Shown piece after piece: positions 10,012 to 21,779 of a stretch of 64,000 nucleotides of DNA. Each line of letters starts with the position of its first letter. Position 1 is the stretch's first letter. The notes under the pieces are model-generated. The model worked only from the letters and a program-made list of their open reading frames with translations. It was not told the origin of the DNA and did not search any database. This DNA is from an uncultured Bacteroides sp. (GTDB lineage: Bacteria > Bacteroidota > Bacteroidia > Bacteroidales > Bacteroidaceae): the NCBI GenBank assembly GCA_900556845.1, contig USQO01000002.1, positions 342 through 64,341 on the forward strand. Reading direction: 5' to 3'. The position numbers were made by a program, and so were the translations under genes.

Positions 10012-12414
10012 TCAAAAAGCAGTCTTTGTAAATGTTCCTCTTAAACGGATGTCAGTGGACGAAGCCCCTACTCTCACTTCAAACTCTCCCGGCTCTACAG
10101 TCCACTCCATATGCCGGTCCAAAATTTGCAAGTCTTCAGGTTGCAAAGTAAAAACAACTTTCTTCGTTTCTCCCGGTTTCAGACTAATACGCTCAAAACC
10201 ACGCAACACCGATTCGTAAGCTATTACACTACTTACCTTGTCTCTCAGATAGAGTTGCACAACTTCATCTCCAGTCCGCTTACCAGTATTAGTGATGTCT
10301 ACACTTACAGTAACAGGACTTTCTGTTCCACTGTTAGGTTGGGAAATCTGAAGATTGTTATACTTAAAAGTGGTATAACTCAGTCCGTAACCAAATGGAT
10401 AAAGCGGTCCCAGCACACGAGTATCTCCCGAACCATTAGGGCCCGATGTATACTGACCTCCATGTGACCCCGGTTTAAATGGGAAATTATATTCTATCTG
10501 CCCGATACTCTTTGGGAAAGTTACCGAAAGACGTCCACCTGGATTATAAATACCAAACAGCGTATTAGCTATGGCTTCTCCTCCAAGTTGTCCTGGAAAC
10601 CAAGCTTCTAGTATTGATGGAATATTTCTGTCTGCCCAGTTAATCGTAAGCGGTTGTCCATTAATAAGAACCAGCACTATTGGCTTACCTGTAGCATATA
10701 ATTTCGCCAGCAACTGCTGCTGGCGACCAGGTAAGCTTAAATCAGTACGCGACCTACTTTCACCAGTACATCGCTCGTCTTCACCAAGTACAGCAATAAT
10801 CACATCACAGTCTTCAGCAGCAGCAACAGCTTCATCCATCTGCTTAATTTCATCGTCTGCCAATGCCGTAGGAACTATTTCAGTATCAGGCCATCCTACA
10901 TTGCGGGTTTCGCATCCTTTAGCATAAGCGACTTCTACATCACCATCTACAAAACGAGAAATACCATCAAACACCGTTATATTCTCCAATCCCTGTGGGC
11001 CATAACGGCTAGTCATATAATTAGTTTCCTTGGCCAACGGACCAGTAATGAGAATTTTACGCAAAGCCTTTTTGTCAAGCGGCAGCAAGTCTCCCTCATT
11101 CTTTAACAAAACCAGCGATTGCTGCTGCATGTCAAGCACAAAATCACGATGCAAGTTAACCCCTACCACCTTATCTGCATTTTGGGGATCTTCAACATAA
11201 GGTTGATCAAACAATCCCAATTCAAATTTTACACGCAGCACATCAGCTACCATACGATCTACAGATTGTATGGAAAGCCTTCCCTCCTCCACATTCTTAC
11301 GCACCGGAAGAATATAATCCTCTGGAGGTGTAAAGTTAGTCCGCACGTTTAATCCGGCTTCTACCACCTGACGTACTGCATCTTCGTACGATTCTGCCAC
11401 ATGGTGCTTATTATAAACATACTCTACTGCCTCACTATCGCTCACAATATACCCGTTAAATCCGTAGTCCTGCCGCAAAAGTTCGGTCAGAAAATAATAA
11501 CTGGCTGTTACCGGTACACCATCCCAATCATTATAACTGCTCATTACCCCCTTGGGATGTGTACGCCGAACCACTTTACGAAACGGATAAAGAAATATTT
11601 CGTGCAGTTCACGAGGGGCCACATGTGGATCGGTACGACACGCAGCATCACGCCCTCCCTTTGGCACACTGTATACGGCATAATGCTTTAGGGTCGAAGC
11701 CACTCCCTGACTTTGTATACCATCTACCATCTGGCAGCCTAGCTCAGCTACCAGATACGGGTCTTCTCCATAACATTCCAATACACGTCCCCAACGCGGG
11801 TCACGAGCAACATCCAGAATCGGTGCATATACATTTGTGTATCCCAATGCCTTAGCCTCCTTACCCGAAATCTCTCCAGCCTGACGAACCAATGCCCTGT
11901 TCCACGTGCTGCCAATTCCAATTGGGGCTGGATAAGGGGTTGCCTTAGTGTGGTTCAGCCCGTGTATTCCCTCATTCGAAAAATCCACTGGAATACCCAG
12001 CCGAGTTTCCTCAACAAACCAACGCTGAATCTGATTAATCGCTTTAGCATGATTACTGAACGGATAAATGAGATGAGGAGAACGCTTTCTGCCTCCTCCT
12101 ACCCCGTTGAGTTGCTCGTCAATATTGGCAATACCGTCTTTCCATACTGATTCTTTCCATGCAGGGGTAGGCAAAGAATCCTTCAACACACGGCCATAAC
12201 CGTATAGCGTGGCCATCTGGCATGACTTCTCTTCCAATGTCATCTGGTCAAGTAAATTTTTCACCCGAGCTTCAATCGGTGCTTTCGGATCTTCATACAC
12301 ATCCTTCACCCCATTCTTATTAAAGTCTATCCAACCTTTCTTATAGATAGATTTCTCTGCTCCTGCTGTTCCAATACAGATTAGCGTGCAGAGCAAAGAG
12401 CACATTTTTTTCAT
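10012..12414 (-). CDS. Glycoside hydrolase family 3 (beta-glucosidase/xylosidase), secreted
   Basis: TRLGIP, RDPRWGR..E.YGEDP, LKHY, GYIVSDS nucleophile, YPFGYGLSYT, Fn3-like C-terminus. Confidence 0.93.
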   Translation of the reverse strand: MKKMCSLLCTLICIGTAGAEKSIYKKGWIDFNKNGVKDVYEDPKAPIEARVKNLLDQMTLEEKSCQMATLYGYGRVLKDSLPTPAWKESVWKDGIANIDEQLNGVGGGRKRSPHLIYPFSNHAKAINQIQRWFVEETRLGIPVDFSNEGIHGLNHTKATPYPAPIGIGSTWNRALVRQAGEISGKEAKALGYTNVYAPILDVARDPRWGRVLECYGEDPYLVAELGCQMVDGIQSQGVASTLKHYAVYSVPKGGRDAACRTDPHVAPRELHEIFLYPFRKVVRRTHPKGVMSSYNDWDGVPVTASYYFLTELLRQDYGFNGYIVSDSEAVEYVYNKHHVAESYEDAVRQVVEAGLNVRTNFTPPEDYILPVRKNVEEGRLSIQSVDRMVADVLRVKFELGLFDQPYVEDPQNADKVVGVNLHRDFVLDMQQQSLVLLKNEGDLLPLDKKALRKILITGPLAKETNYMTSRYGPQGLENITVFDGISRFVDGDVEVAYAKGCETRNVGWPDTEIVPTALADDEIKQMDEAVAAAEDCDVIIAVLGEDERCTGESRSRTDLSLPGRQQQLLAKLYATGKPIVLVLINGQPLTINWADRNIPSILEAWFPGQLGGEAIANTLFGIYNPGGRLSVTFPKSIGQIEYNFPFKPGSHGGQYTSGPNGSGDTRVLGPLYPFGYGLSYTTFKYNNLQISQPNSGTESPVTVSVDITNTGKRTGDEVVQLYLRDKVSSVIAYESVLRGFERISLKPGETKKVVFTLQPEDLQILDRHMEWTVEPGEFEVRVGASSTDIRLRGTFTKTAF

Positions 12415-12452
12415 AATATTAAAATCATTAAATGGTTATTTCAATAAAAGTA

Positions 12453-13451
12453 TCATCGTTGAGGTTTAAGCTTTACTACCTCTCCCAACTCAGGCAATAG
12501 GTAATCCATATCCAGCCGGCGTGCCTCTTCCGCAAACACCTTGGGAGGATCAAACAGCGGCTCATCCGAAAGGTCAAAAGTTCCATAATGCATCGGAACT
12601 GTCACCTTGGCGCCCATTTCGGCCGATGCCTTCAGTGCATCGTAAGGCGAGATATGATTAGGCCGCATAAACCATTTGGGCTTATAGGCACCAATGCCTA
12701 TCATACAGTAGTCAATATGTGGGAAAAACTCAGGCAGCTCCTTGAAATGCGGTGCATACCCCGTATCACCGCTATTATAAATCACGATGCCGCCACACTC
12801 TATCATGAAAGCCCCCCACAGGCGTGTACCCCCATCACTCACTCCTCGTTTGCTCCAATGTTGGGCAGGAAGAAATGTCAGTTTCAAGTTTCCATCACTA
12901 TACTGCTGATACCACCCGGCCTCTATTGTTTCCATAGCAGGAAACCACGAGTGTATCAACTCGCCCGTACCTACCCCACAGAAAAGTTTCATTCCCGGAT
13001 TTTCAGCCACCAGCCGTGCCACACTGGGACGGTCCAGATGGTCAAAATGATCGTGACTGATCAGCAGGAAATCGATATCTTTAAAAATAGAAGGCAAGGC
13101 AGGAAAAGTGCTTCTACGTTTCACAAAAGGAATGCTCCCGAAAACCGGATCAATCATAAACCGGCAACCACCCAATTGCAGGAAAAACGAGTTATGCCCC
13201 AGCCATATCAGAGAATTACCTACAACACTGTCCAGCGAGCGCAAAAAGTGTACCTTGGGATTCCACTTGATAGTCTTCTTCTCTTTCCGTTGCGGATTGG
13301 GTGAAAAACGCCACTTCAGTACACTTCCCATCCCCGGACGCCACCGATGCTGACGGTTAAAAAAACGTCCCTTTACTGTAGGATTACCTTTCCAACAAGA
13401 TTTTACTGTATGCAGATGACTATTTTTTCGAAATAAAATTCGTTCGCCCAT
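12453..13451 (-). CDS. MBL-fold metallo-hydrolase (NAPE-PLD/RomA-like)
   Basis: WLGHNS, ISHDHFDHLD, PAQHWSKR, SGDTGY, PMHYGTF; start 13451 inferred. Confidence 0.88.
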   Translation of the reverse strand: MGERILFRKNSHLHTVKSCWKGNPTVKGRFFNRQHRWRPGMGSVLKWRFSPNPQRKEKKTIKWNPKVHFLRSLDSVVGNSLIWLGHNSFFLQLGGCRFMIDPVFGSIPFVKRRSTFPALPSIFKDIDFLLISHDHFDHLDRPSVARLVAENPGMKLFCGVGTGELIHSWFPAMETIEAGWYQQYSDGNLKLTFLPAQHWSKRGVSDGGTRLWGAFMIECGGIVIYNSGDTGYAPHFKELPEFFPHIDYCMIGIGAYKPKWFMRPNHISPYDALKASAEMGAKVTVPMHYGTFDLSDEPLFDPPKVFAEEARRLDMDYLLPELGEVVKLKPQR

Positions 13452-13590
13452 AACCAGTGTTAAGTTTAAAAAAAACACAGACAGCACTACAGTGTTTTAT
13501 TAAAAACAACCGCCGTACTACCTGTGCCGCATAAAAACATATTCTCCCGCTTGCTGCTACTGCATGCCTTAGAAATACATCATAAAACAA

Positions 13591-14040
13591 TTATTTTTCA
13601 AGCAGTTCTTTCAGAAAGGCATCCAGTTCTTCATCCAAGCCTTTGAGCAAATCCTCGCTCAAAAGCAAAGTATCTTCATCGTCTACCAGCAAAAGCTCAG
13701 ATACTGTCTCCTTGTCATCGTCCACCAATACAAACGAATAAGGCTTCAGCAATAAAAGATTGTCCAGCAGTTTCTTTTCTTTAAAACCGTTCAACGTGCA
13801 GGATAGTATGGATGCTGCCTGTTCATAAAAGTCTTCCTTATCATATTCTACCCACTCACCCACAATAGTGCGTGCCAGTTCCTGATCATCATCATCAAAT
13901 ACCACCAGCTCACCGCTATCTGAGTGCGGCTGCAGATGAATATCGGTAACGGTGGAACACTCAGAAGGAGACGCATACTTAGCCAACGCATCCTTCAGGC
14001 AACTGTTAATAGCGTTATGTGATTCTGCACTGATTTTCAT
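13591..14040 (-). CDS. Conserved acidic hypothetical protein
   Basis: Clean ORF; VTDIHLQ, KPYSFVLVDD, LDEELDAFLKELL. Confidence 0.65.
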   Translation of the reverse strand: MKISAESHNAINSCLKDALAKYASPSECSTVTDIHLQPHSDSGELVVFDDDDQELARTIVGEWVEYDKEDFYEQAASILSCTLNGFKEKKLLDNLLLLKPYSFVLVDDDKETVSELLLVDDEDTLLLSEDLLKGLDEELDAFLKELLEK

Positions 14041-14142
14041 ATATTATACCTTTCTTTATCTCGTAAAAACAGAAGCTACTTCTACAAAACTTGTTTCCTT
14101 TTCCAAATTTACAAAAAATATTATTCTTGCAAACAATATACA

Positions 14143-15135
14143 CTAAAAATTCTTATTGAAACGCAGCATCTGTACACCAAGCTTATTCAACTCTTCGGTA
14201 CGCTGAGTAAGCTCCTTGGTATACCATTTCAGTATTTCAAGATCTTTTACGTCTGTTATGTTCAGATTTTCTGCCTTTTTCAGCCACTCCAATCCTTTGT
14301 CGGGTGCTCCTTCCATTTCATAACTTAATGCAATATTGAAGGCTGCCCGCATTTTTTTTCTACTGTTCTTTCCTGCTTTATCGTAAAGGTTTTGCCAAAG
14401 ATTCCGGGCTTCGGCCCACTCTCCTTCCCGCACCCAAACACCGGCATCACGCATTTCAACACTGCCCCCATCAAAATAGCAGCGTTCTGCATTACGCCAA
14501 TGCGGCAGCAGATAATCCGCCAAAGGCAAAACAGCGTTCTTCGAAACGCCTTCCACAACCGAACGGTCAGACAAAGTACGGGTCAAATAAAAATAAAGGC
14601 TATCAGATTTTGATACGGCATAAAGTGGACCGTCTTTTCCTGGCAGATAAACATGCACCAGCGGCTTCACGTCAGCAGACAGAACTTCTACCGGTCCCAA
14701 TTCCCAATCCATGATTACTTTTCTGCTGGTTACTACCTCGAAATCGTCCAACGAGAAAAGCATGTCGACTCCCATTGCAGTCGTCAAGTCTTTAACTTGC
14801 ATGGTCGAAAGAGTTTGCATTTTTCCCGTTCCAGAACCTGTATTCACTACCGAATCGCTGATAAGCGTTTCATCAAAATAACTTGCGTTGGCCACAGCCT
14901 CAGCAAAGGCCTCGGCTGCGATCTTACCGTCCGCCTGCACCTCACCGATTGTCAGTTTTTCATTTGCAGGAGACTGACCTGCCGGAAGATTATTTACAAT
15001 CCCTACTTTACGCACAGATTCAGGATAATTGACTACAGAGGGCATCAGCTGTTCATAGCTGAATACTCTCACAGAGCTGCAGGATGTCAACAAGACACCT
15101 GCCAAACAAATTGCCAGAAGATATATTTTTTTCAT
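14143..15135 (-). CDS. Lipoprotein with C-terminal TPR (DUF6340-like)
   Basis: Lipobox LLTSC; KMRAAFNIALSYE TPR helix. Confidence 0.7.
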   Translation of the reverse strand: MKKIYLLAICLAGVLLTSCSSVRVFSYEQLMPSVVNYPESVRKVGIVNNLPAGQSPANEKLTIGEVQADGKIAAEAFAEAVANASYFDETLISDSVVNTGSGTGKMQTLSTMQVKDLTTAMGVDMLFSLDDFEVVTSRKVIMDWELGPVEVLSADVKPLVHVYLPGKDGPLYAVSKSDSLYFYLTRTLSDRSVVEGVSKNAVLPLADYLLPHWRNAERCYFDGGSVEMRDAGVWVREGEWAEARNLWQNLYDKAGKNSRKKMRAAFNIALSYEMEGAPDKGLEWLKKAENLNITDVKDLEILKWYTKELTQRTEELNKLGVQMLRFNKNF

Positions 15136-15478
15136 TTTATGCTAGGTTTCTTACAAAATTAATGTATTCCACACACATGAAGAAGATTTTTCTTGTAAAA
15201 AACATAAATTTCATTTACGCAAATTCCGCATCATTACCATTTTCTTTTCAGCACTAGCCGTAAATGTTCTTACAGGTACAGTAGCATAATCACCGAATCT
15301 CGAACCTATATCTGTCCGTCTTCCATCGCTCTGCTACATAAACAGCCGACTGACTGTCAAAACATTCCTAGCCAATCATAAATAAGATGAACTTACATCT
15401 CAAGTAAGAAAAAAACTGGGTACTCTTTTGATTAAAGTTCGTCACACCCATGATGCATAATCCCGACAAAGACAAAAA

Positions 15479-15519
15479 AATTCCCTCATTCCCAGCTAAA
15501 AACCGAGAACGAGGGAATT
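15479..15519 (-). terminator. Terminator after secA
   Basis: AATTCCCTC...GAGGGAATT with an A-run on the left (U-tract on minus strand). Confidence 0.6.
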
Positions 15520-15548
15520 CACCACTATGATTTTATAAGAATCTTTTC

Positions 15549-18500
15549 TTAGAACTGATCTTTACCGTGGCAGTTTTTATATTTCAATCCGCTACCACAA
15601 GGACAAGGATCGTTGCGGCCTACAGTCTTTTCGGCACGAACTGGTTCCTGTTTTGCTTCGCGTGTATCACGACCTGCAGCAGCCTGCTGATCCGGATCAT
15701 CCAGATTTACCTTTTCTTCTTTATACTGCTGGCGTGGAGTACGCTGTTCGGGAGCTGCTTGACGAACCTGCTGTGGCTCCTGTACCGGTATCTGTCCGCG
15801 CATCAATACAGAGATAGTATTGTTATTAATCTTGCTCACCATGTTATCGAACAGGTTAACAGATTCCAGTTTGAAAATCAACAGCGGATCTTTCTGTTCG
15901 TAACTTGCATTCTGTACAGAGTGTTTCAGTTCATCCAGCTCGCGCAAGTTTTCTTTCCATGCATCATCGATGGTATGAAGCAAGATAGCCTTTTCGAATG
16001 CTTTCACGATTTCCTTCGATTCGCTTTCGTAAGCGGCCTTCAAGTTTACAGAAATATTATACAGACGTTTACCGTCGGTAATAGGAATCATGATGTTTTC
16101 GTACATATGACCCTGATTTTCGTATACCTGCTTGATAACCGGATTAGCAATCTGAGCCATACGTTCACATTTACGCTTGAAGTTGGCCATTGCTTCCTGG
16201 AACAAGATTTCTTCCAGATCCTCGCGCTTCTTAGAACGGAAATCTTCTTCTGTAAACGGAGCTTCCATAGCCAGCGTATGCAGAATTTCCATTTTAGCCT
16301 GCTCATAATCACCCAACTCTACCGCATAGCAGCAACGGTCCCAAATCATGTTCACGATATCCATACCGATACGTTCTCCCATCAGGGCGTGACGACGTTT
16401 GGTATATACTACTGTACGCTGCTTGTTCATAACGTCATCGTATTCCAACAAACGTTTACGGATACCGAAGTTGTTTTCTTCTACTTTCTTCTGTGCACGC
16501 TCGATTGAGTTAGAAATCATCTTGTGCTCAATCATCTCGCCTTCCTTGAAGCCCAGCTTATCCATTACGGTAGCAATACGGTCGGAAGAGAACAGACGCA
16601 TCAGGTCGTCTTCCAGAGATACGAAGAATACAGAAGAACCCGGGTCTCCCTGACGACCGGCACGACCACGCAACTGACGGTCTACACGACGTGACTCGTG
16701 ACGCTCAGTACCAATAATGGCCAAACCACCAGCTTCCTTGATTTCCTTGCTCAGTTTGATATCGGTACCACGACCGGCCATGTTGGTAGCAATGGTAACA
16801 GTACTTGCAAAACCGGCTTTTGCTACGATTTCGGCTTCTTTCTGGTGCAACTTCGCATTCAGCACATTGTGAGGTATCTTACGCATGGTAAGCATCTTGC
16901 TCAACATTTCAGAAATTTCTACCGAAGTAGTACCTACCAGTACCGGACGGCCTGCCTGGACCATCTTTTCTACTTCTTCGATAACGGCTTTATATTTTTC
17001 GCGTTTTGTCTTGTATACGCGGTCGTTCATATCCTTACGGGCGATAGGACGGTTAGTAGGAATTACTACTACATCCAGTTTGTAGATATCCCAGAACTCG
17101 CCTGCTTCTGTTTCTGCAGTACCGGTCATACCCGAAAGTTTGTGATACATACGGAAGTAGTTCTGCAGGGTGATAGTTGCGAATGTCTGTGTAGCCGCCT
17201 CTACCTTCACACCTTCCTTCGCTTCAACAGCCTGATGCAAACCATCGCTCCAGCGACGGCCATCCATGATACGACCGGTCTGTTCGTCGACAATCTTCAC
17301 CTGTCCGTCCATTACCACGTAGTCGGTATCCTTTTCGAACATGGTGTAAGCCTTCAGCAGCTGGTTGATAGTGTGTACACGTTCCGACTTGATGGCATAG
17401 TTAGTAAGCAACTCGTCTTTCTTAGCCAGCTTTTCTTCTTCGCTCAAGTCTTTTTCGTTTTCCAAAGCAGACAACTGAGCAGTGATATCCGGCAATACGA
17501 ACAAAGTAGGATCCTGTGAGTTACCGGTAATCAATTCGATACCCTTATCTGTCAAGTCTACACTCTTCAGCTTTTCATCGATAACGAAGTAAAGCGGATC
17601 GGTAGCTTCAGGCATACGCTTGTTGTTGGCTTCCATATAGATAGCCTCAGTCTTCAGCATACCAGCCTTGATACCCGGTTCGCTGAGGAACTTAATCAAC
17701 GCTTTATTCTTAGGCAGAGCCTTGTGTGTACGGAACAATGCCAGGAATCCGGCTTCTACATCTTCTTTCTTGTCAGAAGCAATCAGACGTTTTGCATCAG
17801 CCAGATACTGAGTAGCCAGACGGCGCTGTGCTTCAACCAGACGTTCAACCAGCGGACGAAGTACTTCGAACAACTGGTCTTCGCCTTTAGGAACAGGACC
17901 AGAAATAATCAACGGAGTACGAGCATCGTCAATCAATACAGAGTCCACCTCATCGACAATGGCATAGTTGTGCTTGCGCTGAACCAGGTCGCGCGGGCTG
18001 TTAGCCATGTTGTCACGCAAGTAGTCGAAACCAAATTCGTTGTTTGTACCGAAAGTAATATCAGCCATATAAGCACGGCGACGCGCTTCAGAGTTAGGCT
18101 GGTGTTTGTCAATACAGTCTACGCTCAAACCGTGGAACATGTAGAGCGGACCCATCCATTCAGAGTCACGCTTAGACAGGTAGTCGTTCACAGTAACCAC
18201 ATGCACACCGTTTCCTGTAAGCGCATTCAAGAATACCGGCAAGGTAGCCACCAATGTCTTACCTTCACCAGTCGCCATTTCGGCAATCTTACCCTGATGC
18301 AGTACTACACCACCGAAGAGCTGTACATCATAATGCACCATGCTCCATGACATTTCGTTACCACCGGCAGTCCAGTGATTTTTCCAGATAGCCTTATCAC
18401 CTTCAATACGCACAAAATCTTTACCCTGTGCAGCCAGCTGACGGTCGAAATCAGTAGCAGTTACTTCTATTTCTTCGTTTTCAGACAGACGGCGTGCTGT

Positions 18501-18848
18501 ATCCTTCACAATTGAAAAAGCTACAGGCAACACATCGTTCAGTGCTTTTTCGTATTTATCAAGTACTTCTTTTTCCAGCTTATCAATCTGTGCAAAGACG
18601 GCCTCACGTTTTTCCAGCTCGGTGTCTTCGATAGAAGCTTTCAGCTCGGCAATTTTCTTCACCTCTTCGGCAGCCGAATCCTTGATGTACTTTTTCAGTT
18701 CTTCTGTTTTTGCACGCAGTTCGTCGTGACTTAACTTGGCAACCTCCGGATACGCAGCTTTAATCTTTTCAACCCACGGCTGAATTTCCTTCATATCGCG
18801 AGAAGCCTTATTTCCGAACAGTTTGCTGATAAATTCATTAAATCCCAT
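15549..18848 (-). CDS. secA: Preprotein translocase ATPase SecA
   Basis: [63 protein letters not shown]n motif. Confidence 0.99.
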   Translation of the reverse strand: MGFNEFISKLFGNKASRDMKEIQPWVEKIKAAYPEVAKLSHDELRAKTEELKKYIKDSAAEEVKKIAELKASIEDTELEKREAVFAQIDKLEKEVLDKYEKALNDVLPVAFSIVKDTARRLSENEEIEVTATDFDRQLAAQGKDFVRIEGDKAIWKNHWTAGGNEMSWSMVHYDVQLFGGVVLHQGKIAEMATGEGKTLVATLPVFLNALTGNGVHVVTVNDYLSKRDSEWMGPLYMFHGLSVDCIDKHQPNSEARRRAYMADITFGTNNEFGFDYLRDNMANSPRDLVQRKHNYAIVDEVDSVLIDDARTPLIISGPVPKGEDQLFEVLRPLVERLVEAQRRLATQYLADAKRLIASDKKEDVEAGFLALFRTHKALPKNKALIKFLSEPGIKAGMLKTEAIYMEANNKRMPEATDPLYFVIDEKLKSVDLTDKGIELITGNSQDPTLFVLPDITAQLSALENEKDLSEEEKLAKKDELLTNYAIKSERVHTINQLLKAYTMFEKDTDYVVMDGQVKIVDEQTGRIMDGRRWSDGLHQAVEAKEGVKVEAATQTFATITLQNYFRMYHKLSGMTGTAETEAGEFWDIYKLDVVVIPTNRPIARKDMNDRVYKTKREKYKAVIEEVEKMVQAGRPVLVGTTSVEISEMLSKMLTMRKIPHNVLNAKLHQKEAEIVAKAGFASTVTIATNMAGRGTDIKLSKEIKEAGGLAIIGTERHESRRVDRQLRGRAGRQGDPGSSVFFVSLEDDLMRLFSSDRIATVMDKLGFKEGEMIEHKMISNSIERAQKKVEENNFGIRKRLLEYDDVMNKQRTVVYTKRRHALMGERIGMDIVNMIWDRCCYAVELGDYEQAKMEILHTLAMEAPFTEEDFRSKKREDLEEILFQEAMANFKRKCERMAQIANPVIKQVYENQGHMYENIMIPITDGKRLYNISVNLKAAYESESKEIVKAFEKAILLHTIDDAWKENLRELDELKHSVQNASYEQKDPLLIFKLESVNLFDNMVSKINNNTISVLMRGQIPVQEPQQVRQAAPEQRTPRQQYKEEKVNLDDPDQQAAAGRDTREAKQEPVRAEKTVGRNDPCPCGSGLKYKNCHGKDQF

Positions 18849-18885
18849 TGTATTGTTGTTTTTATTGTTTCAAAATTTTAAAAAA

Positions 18886-20469
18886 TCAGTATTTAATCTC
18901 AGTTAACGGTGGTAGCGTACTGGCATTAGGAGCTCGAATACGCATAAAATGCGCCATAGTAGGTATAATGGCACCTACCTGCACCGGATCATAAATCTTT
19001 GCAGGACGAATATTGTTGCCGAAGAAGAACAACGGCACAGAAGCATATGCGCTGCGCACTACCTTTACATCGTTGGTATAGTCGCGCACCACAGTCCATC
19101 CAGGAAGCACTTCTACCATCAAATCGCCCGAGCAAAGCGGATTATAACTGTTTCTTATTTTTTCTATTTTCGGATTCCAGGCTCCCAACAACAGTCGCTG
19201 TGAGGAATAGGCTTCCTTAACACCACTGAACTGCACTAAGAAATCAGCCGAGCGGTTAAGTATTTCTGTCAGATTAAGCTTGCGTTCCTCGATAAGTTTT
19301 CGGTTAAGGTATAGCTGGTTATCAAAATAAGTGTCTACATATTGCCCTTGTCCATAAATAGCCATTAGGTACATATTGAGCAAAGCAGCACAACGCTTGA
19401 TGTAGAACTCACCACCAGGTATCTTATATTGAGGAGGATCAGCCGGTTCCGGGTCAGCATAACCTGTAGATGTTATAAAAAACAAGGTATTGGCCAATCC
19501 CACTTTTTTATCAATGATATCAAGCAAATCTCCCAGTGTATTGTCCAGACGTGCATAGACATCTTGTATTTCCATAGGGCACTGTACACTGGATGCGTGA
19601 TTGTAATTACCGGCATAATAACCGATAGAAAGAAGATCAGGAATATTATCCTGCCCTATAAACGACGCATTAAGACAAGCATTAACCAACTTATTGACTT
19701 CATCGTTGGCCATAGGACTTGTTTTAAGGATGCGATACTTTTCACCACGTTCATCATCAAACTTATGGCGGAATGTAAGTTGCTTCACATCTGAAGTTAC
19801 ATACTTGTAACTAGTAACCGGCAATGAGGGTTCCCATACCATATCAGCGATACGAAAATCCAGCCCCTGATGGTCATTGAAATAGGTAGCCCACTGAGGG
19901 AAGTCGCCATAATAGGTTGTTCCGCACCATTTACCATTATAATCGTTTATCCAGAATGCACCTTTTGATGCATGACCAGCTGCAAAGACAGCCATTTCAC
20001 GCGTAGGAGCTATTGAATAAGTGATAGCCTGGCCCTGAGTGGCAACCATCAACTCATCTGCTAATGTAGAAACCGACAAATGTTTCGGAGATGTATTTTC
20101 TGAGGTATAGATACCCATAAATGCAGGATCGTCCGTACTCTTGATAACCCGAAGGGTATTACGGTCCATCCAATAATCGGCTACAACGCCATTAGTATAA
20201 GGGTTTCCACCGGTATAGATAGCTGCTACCGATGATGAAGGATCGGGATTGATAAAATCATATTCTGCATTATAATAAACGCGACCTTCCTTGAGCAAGC
20301 GTTTGAATCCACGCTCACCATACAAAGCAGTAAAAGCTTCTATATAGTCTGAACGTAACTGATCAATGGTAATCCCTACGACCAATCGCGGGACAGCAGG
20401 TACGTTTTGTGCCTGTAGACCGGTACAGACTATAACAGTAATAAGCGAGGATAATATGCGTTCTTTCAT
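18886..20469 (-). CDS. Alkaline-phosphatase-superfamily (PafA-like) protein, possibly non-catalytic
   Basis: PRLVVGITIDQLRSDY, GFKRLL, IPDLL..., YARLD; overlaps the upstream gene end by 4 bp. Confidence 0.8.
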   Translation of the reverse strand: MKERILSSLITVIVCTGLQAQNVPAVPRLVVGITIDQLRSDYIEAFTALYGERGFKRLLKEGRVYYNAEYDFINPDPSSSVAAIYTGGNPYTNGVVADYWMDRNTLRVIKSTDDPAFMGIYTSENTSPKHLSVSTLADELMVATQGQAITYSIAPTREMAVFAAGHASKGAFWINDYNGKWCGTTYYGDFPQWATYFNDHQGLDFRIADMVWEPSLPVTSYKYVTSDVKQLTFRHKFDDERGEKYRILKTSPMANDEVNKLVNACLNASFIGQDNIPDLLSIGYYAGNYNHASSVQCPMEIQDVYARLDNTLGDLLDIIDKKVGLANTLFFITSTGYADPEPADPPQYKIPGGEFYIKRCAALLNMYLMAIYGQGQYVDTYFDNQLYLNRKLIEERKLNLTEILNRSADFLVQFSGVKEAYSSQRLLLGAWNPKIEKIRNSYNPLCSGDLMVEVLPGWTVVRDYTNDVKVVRSAYASVPLFFFGNNIRPAKIYDPVQVGAIIPTMAHFMRIRAPNASTLPPLTEIKY

Positions 20470-21644
20470 TTTTTCTTTTTCATTATAATTAGGTAACTGG
20501 CAGATGCCACCCACAAACTAAGTGCCAAAGGTAATATTGTTGAATTAAATTCTTGTGGCAAAACAGGGATTAAGATTATAAAAAGTGTTAAATATACGAG
20601 ATTTATTAAATGATATGGCTCTTTTTTACCTTTTACGGCATGATATATCAAGAAAGGCAGGTAAATCAACGGCAATGGATTCAGCAAAGCCAGCAGCCAA
20701 TTTGATCCTACCGTAGGATGTACAGAACAGAAAAACAAAAAAGCAATGATACAGCCTGCCAATCCTTGTACGACAAACAGAAGCACATACCACCAATGTG
20801 GGATGCGACGTAAATATAAATAGTAAGCTGCAACAATGATTGAAACAAACAAAAGTACTACACCCGCCACAAAGGGAGAAAATGGCAATAAAGGCTCTGT
20901 TGATTCATGCAGAACATCTACTATCTTTGTTTCTTCCAAAACCAAAGGCCGACGAGTACCGTCAGAGGATACGATGACTGCCTTCCCTGCAGCTTCTTTC
21001 ATATAAAAAGGAGCAAACATCTGCTCACGGTTTGAAATCGTCTGGTCAGCCTGAGCTCCCAAACACAAATCAATTCCAAATTCTTCCCATGCATACCCTT
21101 CTGTATACTGGTGGACAATATCGCGAAAAGACAGTCTACCAGAAGCTTCAGGATATTCAATCTTACCATTAATGCATTGTTCTATACGGTCGCGGGCTCG
21201 AGTAGTGCAGTTATCATAAAAGAAATTATATCGGTAAATTCGGTTTTGCGGCAAATAATTTTCTTCGAGCAAATGCCATAAGCGTAGTTTTTCATCTGAC
21301 TTTAAATTCAATGTCTGCTGATAAACAGAAGAGCCGCGCATAGCATATTCTGTCTCAAAATAACGAAAAGGCACAATACCGAGCTGATAGTCAGTTTCAC
21401 CTTTCACAAATCGGTAAACAAAATTAGGCGTATTAAAACTAAAGACACCATAGTTAAAGACCCAATCAATATCGCGTGAAGGATCTTCAAAACGTAAAGC
21501 TGTATGCCCGAAAAGTGCATAAATTTCTGTTCCTGGCTCACAGGTCAACAAACTTACCCGAATACTATCTTGTGCTTTAGCCGAAAAAGCACACATTAAA
21601 AACAATGTTACATATATATATAAGGTAGTATACAATCTTCTCAT
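20466..21644 (-). CDS. lnb: DUF4105 protein, lipoprotein N-acyltransferase Lnb-like
   Basis: VSLLTC.PG.EIY.LFGHTALR, FNYG, YRYNFFYDNCTT (His/Cys residues), several C-terminal TM helices. Confidence 0.75.
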   Translation of the reverse strand: MRRLYTTLYIYVTLFLMCAFSAKAQDSIRVSLLTCEPGTEIYALFGHTALRFEDPSRDIDWVFNYGVFSFNTPNFVYRFVKGETDYQLGIVPFRYFETEYAMRGSSVYQQTLNLKSDEKLRLWHLLEENYLPQNRIYRYNFFYDNCTTRARDRIEQCINGKIEYPEASGRLSFRDIVHQYTEGYAWEEFGIDLCLGAQADQTISNREQMFAPFYMKEAAGKAVIVSSDGTRRPLVLEETKIVDVLHESTEPLLPFSPFVAGVVLLFVSIIVAAYYLYLRRIPHWWYVLLFVVQGLAGCIIAFLFFCSVHPTVGSNWLLALLNPLPLIYLPFLIYHAVKGKKEPYHLINLVYLTLFIILIPVLPQEFNSTILPLALSLWVASASYLIIMKKKK

Positions 21645-21779
21645 ACCTAAAAAACAGTTTAATAAAAGGTTGTTGGGCAAAATTACACGTATTTATTCAT
21701 AAAATCTACAGAAATAATGATTTTTGTTATAGAACCTATTCTTTTTTTCTTTTAATTTGCATACGAAAAAACAAGAATT

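Noticed and set aside
15136..15548. ncRNA or small gene in the 413-bp intergenic region
   Set aside because: Only a terminator-like hairpin is evident; no recognisable RNA family or credible ORF.
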